From: Ramazzottius varieornatus
Lineage: Eukaryota; Animalia; Tardigrada
NCBI GenBank assembly: GCA_001949185.1
Contig: BDGG01000002.1
Coordinates: forward strand, 6,004,448-6,068,447
Direction of reading: 5' to 3'
Length of the DNA stretch: 64,000 nt
Below, piece by piece: positions 1 to 19,226 of this stretch. Each line of letters opens with the position of its first letter. Position 1 is the stretch's first letter. A program made the translations under genes and the position numbers. The notes beneath the pieces were generated by a model, which searched no databases, was not told the DNA's origin, and was given only the letters and a program-made list of their open reading frames with translations.

Positions 1-722
1 CAAATTGGGGAGAGATACTCGCGCATGGAGTTCTAGAGTGCCCGGTTTGTTCCTGCCGAATAATCTTCCTCAGCGGAAGTCATTTCAATCAACTTCTCCA
101 ACCTGAGTTTTAACGCATGCAAACGAGCTATGTCTTAGCGGAACCAGCGTGAAAATTTGCACAAACTATGTGAAAGAGCGAAAGGAAAGCAGGCATTCTG
201 ATTTTTTTCTACGCCAATGTTCCAGGTGGTAGTCCCTTGGCCCATTCGCACTGTAGAAGAAAGAAAAATTGGATCCTGCTTAGTTATTCACGTCCACGAT
301 CCACAGGTACGCACTAAAAAACATCAGCTGAGTAAGCAAACAAAAGAAGAAAATAAAACCTGACGCGAAACTGCAGTCCAGTAAAATGGGGCATCCGTCC
401 ACCTGCACAGGTGGCCGGAAACAACCATAAAACAAAAAAGTGAAAGATTAGATGAATAGCTCGAATTCTATGCTAAAATTGCACTGAAAAGCTTGTGAAA
501 CATAGTTTCTCAGTCCTTCGAAACTGCTAGCAACACTAGATGCCTTCATCATTGCTGTCACGCTAACCAAAATCAAAGGGAAGGAAGGAAAGGGTTCATT
601 TCGTAGGGCTTATCATTAATCGGGAAACGCACAAGCGGAAAATGATGATAAGGGAGAGGACAAGTCAGAGGAAGATTGGCGAGTCGGAACTGTTAGGTCT
701 TCCTCAGGGTGAGTAATGAGAC

Positions 723-3393
723 CTACAGTTCGGTAGACTCCAGTAAATGGCTTTGCCCAAAGACTTTTTCGAGTTGGCTTCTGTATCGATCAATGTTGCG
801 TTTCATGATCTCTAAGCAGCTTCCCAAGAGTCTTTCAAAGGCTTTAACATCCAGAAAAGCGACCTTGCAGTCACCTGTCAACCAAAGAAAACAATCATTA
901 ACCACGCACACCACGAACAGACTCGCCCAAGACGGCCTCATTAAAAGAAGCAAGCTTCCCATGCACCACTGAATGCGCAACTTTTGCTAGCTTTTGCAGC
1001 GTGTTAACACTGGAGTCGGTTTCGTCGAATCATCAACAGAAAATTACCATCGGCTATCACGGAGGCCGCCCTTGGTCGAGCGGTTATGAGTGCCAGCTCT
1101 CCAAAATAAGGGTTTTTACTGTCGTCTAATCGGTCCACTTCGCGTTCCACCCCATCTTCACTCCTTGTCACAATAACTCTTCCACTTTCGATAAAATATA
1201 AGCCGTCGGCAAAGTCACCTGTAAAGAAGAAACCACTTCGTACATCAGTCAGATGAACGAAAGGCCTACGATCACAGTCCATGAACGTGCATACAACGAC
1301 CCATATGTCGATTACGGGATAACTGTATGCACCTGTGGGTAAACTTGTCGTACTGTTTTGGCGAACTTTCACATAAGCGCGTACATTTGCAACGAAGATT
1401 GATTTGATAGCTGACATAAACTATCATCCGATATGACATTTCTTTTTACCTTGCCGTATAATTACTGAACCATCAGTGAAAACTTTGGGCTGCAGCGCGT
1501 CACACAAGTTCTGTTTCTCATACGGTGTCAGTTCTGCCAGGAAGTCGACGCAGTCTATCAAGTCCATGTATACTGCACGTTTCTTGAACGCTGCTTTGAG
1601 CACGATTCGCTGGAAGGTTTGCCGGTCCTAAAAAGCGCCACATAGCGTTAGAGCTGTTCAGTTCAGACGGACGCAAAGGAATGTTTTCAAAAATAGTTTT
1701 TAATGACACTTACCAACGCCCATAGCTTCCCCGCTGTCCGCGCCACTATGGTTGCAGCTCGTGGCTGGTTGTACATTAGCGCGAGTTCCCTATGATGAAT
1801 GCATGGTAAAAGACTACTCTGCGGTGTGAACGGGAAAAGTAGCAGCCTCACCCGAAGCTTCCAGTATTGTTGTACTCCCAACAAAGCTGTGGTTCCTCGT
1901 CCTGCTCTCCCTTGACGTAGACATCGTAAATACCTGCAAAAGATCAGCAGAGGTGAGCTACTTCAACGAGCCAATCGATTCCACAAATCGTACCGCTTTC
2001 AACGATGTAAAAATTGTCGGCATTATCGTCCCCTTGGTCGATAATATGCTGTCCTGGTGCGGCGTCAACCTGAAGTCAGCCAAATCGACAGAGGAAAATT
2101 GATATATGAGGAGCTTAGGCTGGTAAGCTATGATTTAGCCTTCGCAGACCTCAAAAAGAGCATTGAGGATCTTTAGCAGCTGGGAACTGTCGAGGGACCG
2201 GAACAGGAAAACGCCCTGTACGGCTTTGCGCAGTCGGTCCAGTTGCGCCTCATCTTTGGCATGGTAAACCAATTCTGCGTCGCTCGTATCGTCTGGCTTG
2301 GAGGGATCGAAACCTGCAGACAGAATGGAAGGAGTCAATTCGATTACCCAAATCACCACATGCGCCATGGAGCCTAAGCCTGTCCGGATGCTAACAGAAA
2401 AGCAAATTGATCCATGACTTGGTCTCCCTCCATAGTTCATGCGCCCCAAAGTAAATCGACGCACCGGGAAAAAACAGTCCCGATCCTTCCAGAGGAAATT
2501 TCTAGTTCTACAAATGATCACGCACAGCTTCCACATCGAATGGTGTACGAGATTCATAAATCCTATTTTAATCATTCGTTTGATGTATTTATAGCCCAGT
2601 ATAATTATAGGCCAGTATATACGATCGCGTAAATTTCTAATCACACCTATTTATTCTTCACCAAGAAACAAAAGGGCTTACTTTCTGCAGAAACAGATTG
2701 TCTTCTTCGCATCTTCTGCCTGGAGAATTCCTGCATGTTAGCCAGTTCATTTCCATCCTCGGAGAAGGTTTCCGAGTCTCGGTGCGCAAAGTCACCGCGG
2801 TGCTCGCGTGCATCGCCATTGTGCTCCAACACATCCTCCCGAAAGCCTACTACGCGAGTCATTGAGCCACTCCGGTGTGTATTTGCTTCCTAGAGCCACA
2901 AGCAAGATCCCATGGGCAATAGGGACACTATTATTAGGGTCACATCATCGCACTGCAAGGCATTAGCCTTGCAGTGCGATGGTGTGACATCACATACGCC
3001 ACCACCATGGCGTGCAGTGGAGCAAACTGATTTCTTACCTCGTTTAAATTCTTAAAGTAAGTCGCCGCGAATGCCGTCAGACCCTGAGGGGATACTCCTT
3101 GTCTGCAAAACCGTGAACAAGTGTGGTAAATGAGCTTCTACTCAAAGTTTATGGATTAATGACCATGAATTACTAGAGTGTCGGTTTGGCTATGTGAGTG
3201 ACAATCGCGGAGAGGCGAAAGCTGCGCATAGACATAACAGTTTGACGATTCATGTCAACAGCATGTCATCTTACTCGATCCGTCTCCGTCTTCTCAGCAC
3301 TTTTGTCACGTAAATCACGTTTCACCTCGCAGGAAAATCTCGAGTCGTCAACAGAGCTTTTGAAAAAGCTCGCAAGACTTCTGGCAGCCACAT
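723..3393 (-). CDS. PRKAR2: cAMP-dependent protein kinase type II regulatory subunit (multi-exon; start approximate)
   Basis: Exons encode a D/D-like helix ([13 protein letters not shown]), the RRQSVSAE autophosphorylation site (type II), and two CNB phosphate-binding cassettes ([28 protein letters not shown]). Stop at 723. Confidence 0.9.
2939..2988. repeat. Near-perfect hairpin (23-bp stem, 4-nt loop) in a PKA-RII intron
   Basis: gtcacatcatcgcactgcaaggc-atta-gccttgcagtgcgatggtgtgac, one mismatch. Confidence 0.9.
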
Positions 3394-5283
3394 TATATCG
3401 AAACTTCAGTGGCTGAATTCGCCTATATAATTATAACTGCTGAATATCGTATTACTGTATACTGTGGGCCTACAATAGAAGTCAAGTTTTGATAGAACAG
3501 TGTCGGATAACGGGTTCGCTGATACGAAGATAGCTTCCGGCGTCTGTGCACTGTGTGGTCCTTCAGTTTCGTCATGGCAAGAACCCGATCATCAATTTCA
3601 GGCAAAACAAAAAAGTAGTTTTGTGGTGATTCGCCATTAGTTCTTCGAAAGTGGTTCCGGGTCCTTGTGGAAATTCGAAATTCATGGCATGTGTTTGGCA
3701 CACAGACTTGCAACGGCTATGTCAAACTAATGACAAGGCATCTAATACCGTTCTCGATCAATAAATGGTAGCGTGAAGCTTCTAGGGATCATGGGTTATT
3801 GTTGGTTCTAATTGAACTCGCCTTTATGTTTCCTTGTTGTCCTGAAGCTACAAGTGAATGAGGAATTGCATCAGTGAATACCACAATGTATTTCCGGGTT
3901 GCCCTACCTAGGCTACCTGAATATTTGCTTTCGGTGATTAGATATTTCACAAATCATGTCTTATGACAGAATGATGGGCATGTGGAACAGACGTTTTGTT
4001 GTAGCTATAAAGGCTCAGCGCTTCCTACCTTAATACTGCCACAACGAATCGCCGAAGCATCGTGCGAAGTCCATCCGGCACATGGACTTCCTGACGTTCT
4101 GCGGGCATGGTGGATTAGGGAGGGAGGCGATCAAGTTCCCGTAAAGATAATCTGGCAGAAAAATCACCGCTGTAGCCACCAGAAGCCTCCGTCAAACACG
4201 AAAGGCTGCAATCAATAATGGGTTGCTTGACGCCGAAGTCAAGTAAGATATTATTATATGGCAAAAAGATTCATCAGAGGAAATGAAGTAGTACACGCGT
4301 CATCCTTATCAGAAATCGAACCGCTCGTCCTGTTTCGATATCCGTACCTTTTTACGCCACAGCATCAAACAGCTTCTGTTGAGAGACTTGCGGAGGAGAG
4401 ATTAAACGGTTTTGGAACATCAGTGTATTCTATAAGGAGGGTTCTACGAGGAAAGGCTATGTAACACTGATCAGAAGGAAGCACGTTGTCGCTCAAGGGG
4501 ATGCTCTTGCGGAAGACCGATTAGAGAAGAGATTCAAGATAGGAGAGCGACGGAGGACGTGACCGCCGCTATTTACAGGCTGAAGCCGCTCGCATGCGTG
4601 CAGCGAGATGCTATGTAGTGTTAGATGCTACTGTTACACATGCGTCCGACGGAAACGCGACTTGGATCCATCAAACTGTCGCTCTAGGTTTACCAGCGCG
4701 ACAAGTAAAAGGCCAGACTGTCGGAGGACTCGAGTACGGCGAACGAGTCGCTCGCGATTCATCTCTGCGAGACTGCTCACAATCTTGCTTCCTGGGCGCG
4801 CATTGATGCATTTAGTGTAGTGCAACGATCGGAGATGCTATTTTATCGAATATCAATACCATCTTCACTTTTGTTTACGAAGAGGTAGCTCCGCAATGCT
4901 TTTTTGCACTTCGACGAGCAGAGGTGGCAATATCTTTTCTATCTTCACGCGTACCGGAAGACCCAGCTATCAGGAGCACAAGAACCCCAAAAGTTTCCTG
5001 ATGACATTCGTGCAAACAGCGCCCCCTGGAGCCTACAATCCTGCAAGCTGGTGTGTTTGTCATGTAATGTAACGTCAGCTCATTGCAACATCCGTCCCAT
5101 TACCATGTGGCTTACCATGAGGTAGACTAAACTATGTGATAGCACGCCATTCGCGCATTTGCCTTAGCGGTGCAGGCTGGGCCTTCCATCGGTGCACGGC
5201 AATGTTGTTGTTGACATTTTGAATCGTTAGACAAGCTCTTTACTCGTCGAGTATTCCATGTTTTGCAAGCCACGATCCTCAAG

Positions 5284-7990
<2,707 letters not shown>

Positions 7991-9162
7991 GGGAGGTGAT
8001 ATGTGTGAGAAGGTGCGAGGAAGAAGGACTTGCGCGATCGGTTGGTGGCGTGGATGAAAGATGGACAAATGCCTATCCCGAAACCAAAAGAGTATTTCTC
8101 TCCTCAAAGATTTTTGTTATTTAGTCCGCATAACGTCGTTCTGCGGTGCGTGGTATTATTAAGTTGATTTTTGCATACAATCATGGTAGTTACATATTAC
8201 ACTACTACTCCAGCGATAGATAATCGATCCTTTGTTTGGTAAACTTGTTTCGGTAGTTATAACTTCGGAATGCTTGAATTCTGATATTTCACGTTTCTTG
8301 GTTTGGGGAATAAGTTTCATGGATGTCAAAGATGCTAGAATATGGGTTTAACCAGAGCTGGCTGGTCAAGAGTTTGTTGTTGTGGATATCATCCGTTTTC
8401 CGTTCAAGACTTTGAATGTCTAGCGTAGAAGCTCTTATCGGCGGCGAACTGGTTACGCGGCGTCTTGACGTGTCGCCGCGTGGGCACTTAGGCGTGGTAC
8501 CCACAATTCGCTGACTAATCTTGGTGAGCCAAACAGAGAACTCAGCATTTGTTTGCCAAACGCTCGTTCTTGCTTGTGTGGTCATTTTAAGAACTTTACT
8601 TGGCTCTAACCTTTGATGTTTGCCTGGAGAATAGGTGAATCAACTCATGGTCGTGGTCTTTTACTGCTCAAAAATTGTTCGGGTACCTGAATTATGAACT
8701 AGAGAACCGGGCTTTACAGAGAGAGCTAAGGTGCCACAGTGACCTGCGAAGTGGCAACCTCAGAAACGAATGTTTTAGCCATAACACGGGGTACTTTCCC
8801 TTGACTTCCGGTGGCAAGGGCCAATCGGTTGTCTTGCGCAGTGGAGAGTACGGCGCTTTACTGTCTAGACCCGCCCATGTGCGTGCGCATGCATAAGTTG
8901 AGCAAGCCGTACCGCCGGATGACGTACCGCGTACGATAAATCCTTCCCATTGTGTTGTCAAATACAGAATCTTATTTCAGCAGCTTCGGCTAGCGCTGAT
9001 GGTGATGGAAAACGAGTGAAGCCATTCACACGCCATCAAAATTCCGGTTGTTCGCGTTCTTTTACGGCAGCCAAACTGCTGAGTAATCCCTTCGAACTGT
9101 CGAGTGTACCATATTTCGCATTGGTAAACATTGGAAGGAAAACCGCTCCTGTTCATCTCTAG

Positions 9163-13047
<3,885 letters not shown>

Positions 13048-13933
13048 TCGAATGCCTAGTCTATAGTTGAAGAAATTTCTTTCAGTCGAATATTCCAGCA
13101 TTTGTACAGCACCGTAGAGTTGTCTTTGCATATCGAAAACGTCTTGTCACGAGTTGTAACTACAGTGGACCGTAGGTCTGCGGCTCTGATTTTTTTGTCT
13201 TTATGTGGATGACGCTGTTATACAAATTGTTTCAGCGGTAAATGTTGCCTGTTGTAGTTACTGCGTCCAGATAGGAAACTGACTATATATCGTAATTTGT
13301 TGTCCTATGTACAGTATTCTCTGTACGAACTGTATTCCCTACAAGTTTCCCGCAGTCACATGGCAGGCCCAGAAAATAATCCCCGAGTGATCATAGTTCG
13401 GTTAGTGGCCCAGGGAATTATTTTACGGGGCTGTCATGCGACTGCGCGAAACCTTGGAGGGAATACGTATGGCCCAGAAATTGCTCTTTGATATGGCATG
13501 CAGCGAAAGACCTCTGTAAAGCTGATCATTTCGGAGTTGAAAATCGAACAGTCGAACTCAGTTTTGGGAAAACGTCCTAGGATGATTAAAAGTTGTGAAC
13601 TGCAAACTTGAGATTTTATAGAAAAATAAGTGCAGTCAAAACCGTGAGTAAGCCTTTGAAGGTAAAAAGCAAGGTGAATGAAAAAAAAAGAACCATGTTC
13701 GTAACCAAATCGCAAAAGTAGTGCCAACTTATTTGTTTGCTGAAAAGAGCTCACATCCCATATCGTCCTTGGTTATCACAAAGAACTGTGTAGTAATGTT
13801 CTCGCCAGTACTAACTCTAGATACTGGAAAGATGAAAAGAACGATAGGCTTGCACTGCTGTACTTGGAAAAGGGGTATCTCTACCCAAGAAAGGTTCCTT
13901 CATGGCTAGCGACTCTTCGCGGAAGGGCTGCCG

Positions 13934-15471
13934 TTATCCATCCCCTTTGGGAGGAGTAAACCAGCCACCCTTCTCGTGAATTCGCACCAGATGCCGATAC
14001 GACTCTTCTGCCCGCGCCTGTGAATACTGGGCATTGGCTTGGGCCGTGAAGTTGATTCGGGCGCGTCCTTTCACCAGCGTGGCGGAGATCTGCAGTATGA
14101 CCGCTTCAATTGAGTACGCCGAGCTCCATCCTTGCTTGGTTAGCAGCTCCATGCAAATAGCACCTTCAACCAGCAAAACGCATACCATAACTAAGGGCCA
14201 CTTCCCGCCACTTCCGGGCAAGTTTCTCTCTCGGTGGTGGTAAGTCAGTAACTCTTCCAATCTAAGTAGTTGGATGCATTGTTATCCTTCATCTGTTCTG
14301 TTTTAAGTTGGACTGCCTTCGAGGCGCAGTTCTCTCCAAGACACCTAGGTACAAGTCTGGATATCAATTAATTGTCATATACTGGTTCTTACCGCCAGTC
14401 AGGACGTAACCGCCGGATATGACGGGGTTGATCACTCGGACGAACGGCGGACTGAATGGGAAAGTATCCTGTACAATCAAAGAGAGGTACGTAGCAAAGC
14501 TTAATATAGCAAATTTATGTCTGGATCACAGTAGGCTCTACAGTACGTACAGGGAATTTGAAAGAGAAGCTGAGATGATTCAATTTGATTTTCGTCTGCA
14601 TCTGGACCATGTCATTATGCAACTGGCTATCCGGGTCCACTTTGAACAACTTCACGTTCCACTCGTACAAGTTGTCGTTCATCAGCTCCACGGAAAATAG
14701 GCCATTTTTGTGGTTATCCGACTTCCAGATATGTCGCAGCTCTTTCATCAACCTGTCGGAAGCCGTCACGGAGCCTTGTGGAGCGGAAGCCTGACCGGAA
14801 GTCGCTGCTGGTGTCGAGTAACGCTCCAAGTTAGCCTTCTTCACGCGTTCCAAAGCAGCCTGACCTTGCTCGTCAATACCTGCAGGACATACAAAAGACT
14901 GAATAGAGGCATAATACAAACAGGAAAAAAGTAGTAAAACTGCTTTGCTAAACAAACCTTCGTCTTCTGCAGAGATGTCTTTCTCGATCGGGGCAAAAAT
15001 CTGCTGAGACGACAGATCGTTCATCTCCATGGGATAGTCGTCATCTTCTCCATCACCATCACTCTCCAAACTTTCGCATTCAGGTTCAGCATCCCCTTCA
15101 GCTTGCTCAGACTCAATTGTAGCCTTCAACAGTTCGACTTCTGCGGGTTGCTCCACACCGAAAAGACTGCAAAGGCTGGTCAACATTTCTGTTACTTGAT
15201 TGAAGATGTGGTTCTTGGCGCCTGAAGTACTGCTTAAGAACTCCAGCAGTCCGGTGAGCGAAGCGTTGTCTTCGTCAGAGGACCATAGTGGCGCGGAACG
15301 GGGGTACGTGTCTGGCAGGTTGCAGTGAATGTCGAAAGGCTTACTGTGGTTTGGCGCATGGAAGCGGACGTGAAGCTCGTCTGTGTTGGCAGACAGAATT
15401 TGGTAGAGAGGATGCGAGCGAGGAAAGAAGCTCTCCAGCTTCTTCAAATGCTCCTTCAGCTTCTGCGCCAT
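13934..15471 (-). CDS. UBE2Q: Ubiquitin-conjugating enzyme E2 Q family, multi-exon
   Basis: N-terminal RWD-like region, acidic linker, [53 protein letters not shown]. Confidence 0.95.
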
Positions 15472-16420
15472 GGTGCGGGGTGTCCGCTTGCATTGACGGA
15501 TGTACAGGCGATATCGATAACACCTTTAGAACAACAAAGACGTGACAGTTCAGTGACCCTGTTAAGTCACAGAAGCTTACAGAATGGTGGTGATGTTCAA
15601 ACTGAGCCACAAAAGTACCTTGTTCTTGGACAATGGCCAACCCAGGAGTTTGGGATCAGAAGGTACAGGTACCAAGCGTGACAGATACCAGACACAGGGA
15701 CCAGAAGAAAATCCCGTTATAAGCTAAAGTAGATCGCTGCAAGGAGACAAGCAAACTGGAGCACTATATCGGATGACCACATCACCTGCAGTAAACGGTG
15801 CTTTGATAACAAGGTGGGGAACGATAGGAGGTGTTAGTTCGATGCACGCAGCAAGGAAGCCATCTTCATGCTCTTCCTCGAACAGGAAGAAAATGCGGCG
15901 GAATGAACGGAAGTCCTTTCGAAGTGGAAAAGTTCAACCCTGGCAAAACATGCCCCTAGAGTCTTGACAATGGACAGAAATCGTTCCTCGGAGGCTGAAG
16001 ATTTCGCTTGAGGTAGCTTTTCAGGTTCGCGCAGTTGATTTGCTTGATCTGCGGTTGCAGAATAGCATATTTCTCGCTATACTGTTCGCCCTGGTGTTAC
16101 CCAGGTTAATTTTTTTGACCTGAATGGCAGTATGGGAGTAAATTCTCCGGAGAGTCTGCGTCGTCCCTTCTCAGGCAGTGCTCGAGCGTCTAGGAATAAT
16201 CTTGGGATACTCCTGGATTTTTCTGGCATTTTTCTGAAATTTTCTGGGATTTTTTGGAGTCTTTCTAGCTTAACTAAGTGTTTTTTGCGTCATAAATTGG
16301 TGCCCCATTAATTAATTCGGTACAAATCAACTGGAGTGAATGGCCGGTTGATCAAAACAGAATTGATTCGTCTCAGCACCCTGCCGATCGGACAAATGGA
16401 CAGTGGCACGAACCTTACCG

Positions 16421-16484
16421 TACGATCGACAGGGTGTGATGTCCGACCGACAGGGTATGATGTAAGATCGACAGAGTGTGACGT
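16421..16484 (+). repeat. ~21-bp tandem repeat x3
   Basis: cgatcgacagggtgtgatgtc / cgaccgacagggtatgatgta / agatcgacagagtgtgacgta. Confidence 0.75.
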
Positions 16485-16672
16485 AACTTGCTACCTGGTA
16501 GGTAGATAGGTAGGTTGACCACTAGGAGCTGACCACTGGTCATGCTAGGTTGACCACCCATGCCTAGCCACTGGCAATGGTGGGCTGGCTGCCCAATCGC
16601 AGGTGGTTCAATGGCCTGAGCACTCGGCGGAGTTAAGAGCTCTTGAATACTAACAAGGGATTTACGCCAGTC

Positions 16673-16927
16673 TGTCCACTCTAATCTTCAAACAAAAACG
16701 ACAGAAAGATAGACGAGAGTTCGCTCCACACACTGAGATAGACTGAATCGGCGGAATACAATCCTGAAAGCCACCGCAGAAAGCGGAAGTGACGTCAAAA
16801 TTCAGGGCGCATCATCAGTGTGATAGTGAATCAGCCGATTTGATTCCGCCGATTCAGTCTATTTCAGTGTGTGAAGCAAACTCTCCTCTATCTTTCCGTC
16901 GTATTTGTTCGACGATCAGAGGGGACA
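16673..16927. mobile_element. Palindromic MITE-like element (~85-bp imperfect inverted arms)
   Basis: 16673-16757 is the imperfect reverse complement of 16843-16927. No clear TSD. Confidence 0.7.
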
Positions 16928-16945
16928 TATTAATGCACTATGCCT

Positions 16946-17153
16946 GTACGTACAACGGATGACTAGTGGTAGGCACCACTTTCGGTGCCAAGAAATTTCT
17001 CTCTAATCTTCCGCCATAAGCTCAGGCTTGCCATAGTTTGCCCCAATTTAAGGGCTTTAGAATGCCTGAACAGCTTTCTTCGATGACTCAATTGGTCTAT
17101 GATTCATTCTAAAGCTCCGCTGAAAGACCAGCCTTTTAGGCGGAGCTCTCGCA
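16946..17153 (-). repeat. 208-bp dispersed repeat, copy 1 (inverted relative to 54392-54599)
   Basis: Ungapped manual alignment with the reverse complement of 54392-54599, about 16 mismatches. Confidence 0.9.
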
Positions 17154-17729
17154 GAACTGCTGAATATGGCCTCGCTTGGCGTTGATTGGAATTGAATGCT
17201 GCCAGAGCCTATGGTTGATCAGTTGATGAACACCACAAACAGTTTGTGTGGGACCATAATCAGCAGCTCGTCCATGCTGGGAGGCAGAAATTTTCAGTTC
17301 AACCTCGGGAAATTTCTCTTGTCGAATCTCGTGTCGCTGTCCTCGCGATCGGGTTCATCTTCTTCCGGTGCTATATTGCTCTGGTGCAAGCTCTCCAAGC
17401 GTCAGTGCGTCTCACGGAGCTTTGGCGTCAGGCAGTGCGATCACTTAGCATTCCACCGAAAGACTTGCACTCGGTAAGGACTCCTGTCAGCTCCAAAGCT
17501 GCAAGGGCTGGCTTGTAAACAGCTGAGTCAAGACCATTTGTTGATCAAAGCGGTACGGACAAACTGTTTGTTACAGGATCGGAACCGGGTTTCATCGACG
17601 ACGTTTGCAAGGTAGGAGGAGGCTCGGTATCGTGTTTGCGTGAGAGCTCGTCGAGAATTGCAGCTGTTGTTATCATCTTGCCCTGTCTTCCAGAATCCAG
17701 ACTAGCTAACCTGTCGCGAGTTCGCGATC

Positions 17730-18662
17730 ATGCTGCCCGAAGTGTCTGCTGCCAGCCCCGACCATGACAAGGCTCATGAACGGCTGGAGGGAACTCCAGA
17801 AGAACGAAAGAGTATCAACGAGTACAGACACAAAGGACTTCCCATCACGTCCGTGCATAGCCCTGCCATCAACGCTATGGAGAGAGCTCGCAAGAGAATG
17901 TTTCACATTATCGATACTCCTGTCACATGGCTGAAAGAAACTGTCATGAACCCGATCCAACAACGTAACAAGCAAGTATACTACCACCAAAAGTACCCGC
18001 GCGTGCCTACGATTGACGAATGCGAAGAAGGAGATTTACCATGCTATGTGGAAGCTGAGTATCAGATGAGACGCGATCGGTAGGTCGATCCTGTCTCTAA
18101 CACTAATCTTTGACCTGTTATTCTAAATGATTCTGATTTTATTAGGGAGGTTGACGGTAGGATAGTGGGTATACTGCGAGACCGTCAAAGTGACTGCATG
18201 CTGTACGAAGGCGAAGACTGGGCGAAGAACTGCCTGGACGTGATGGAAGACTACACGCAAGGCCAGACCAACTTCTACATGCGCTACGGTGAAGTTGGAC
18301 ATTTCGGGACGGTGGTCGATTTGTTCATGAAGCAGAAGCATCGGCTGATTTGGGAACGACGCAACCCGGACAAGGTGGACTTCATGTACGCCAAAGATCG
18401 CACGGGGCAAAAGTATATCGTCCAAGTGGACCCTGGGTTCGCGCAGTCGGTGCAACATCCGGACAACTCTCGTTTGAAGTACCATCGTACGAAACCGACG
18501 GGAACTGGGGGTGTCTTGGTGGAAGCTCCCGAAGACAATCCGCAACAGAGGAACCCGTATACAGACAACCGGAGGCCGGCGCTTTTTGGCATGATCCAAC
18601 AGTACGCGCCGTCTGAATGGGGGAAGAACCCTCCTCATGCAGAGAAGAAAGAAGAGCACTGA
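17730..18662 (+). CDS. NDUFB10: NADH:ubiquinone oxidoreductase subunit B10 (PDSW), 2 exons
   Basis: YYHQKYPRVPTIDEC...CYVEAEYQMRRDR|EVD...YGEVG..MKQKHRLIWERR. Confidence 0.9.
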
Positions 18663-19226
18663 GCTGAGACATGGACATAGAGTAGAAATTGCGTAGAATT
18701 CTGTGTTAAACTATGGTACCCTATGCTGAACCATCCTGCTGTACCTTCTTGCGTTTGACTGCGAAACTCTTGGAAAGTTTCTTGTGTGGAACCCGCTGTG
18801 CATTTCAGTTTGAACCATATAAACAGGTTTATCGTTATACCGGTGACTGCAAGTTTTCGTTGGAGTGACAGGATTGATTTGAGCAGCTTGGACAGTTTTA
18901 GGGATATAACATCATAGTTACATGAATAAGTAGATAAGGTGGACTGGACACTGTCCAGCTTATAGTGTAAAGGAAATTTTGGATACATCGTCCACGCCCT
19001 CTCTTCTCTCCCGTCTCCCCCTGGGCAAGGAAACGTGTGGACCAGAAGCTGATCAATCAATCAGGCAACAAACGGCTTTCTAACAACAGGCTCGGTTTTG
19101 GAAATTTTTCACCGACCAGGCAACCGACTTTTCAACTGCTTCGATTCCCCAAGGAATTTTTCGTGCCATCTTGTAGCTCTCCGATATCTGACTCTACGAA
19201 AAAGTCTGGTTTCTGGGACCTCTGCC

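Noticed and set aside
4460-4638. Possible 179-bp solo LTR (TGTAACA...TGTTACA)
   Set aside because: No matching 4-6 bp TSD (gcta versus catg), no second copy, and no gag/pol nearby.
16421-16600. CRISPR-like array
   Set aside because: Degenerate tandem repeats without unique spacers, no cas genes, eukaryotic context.
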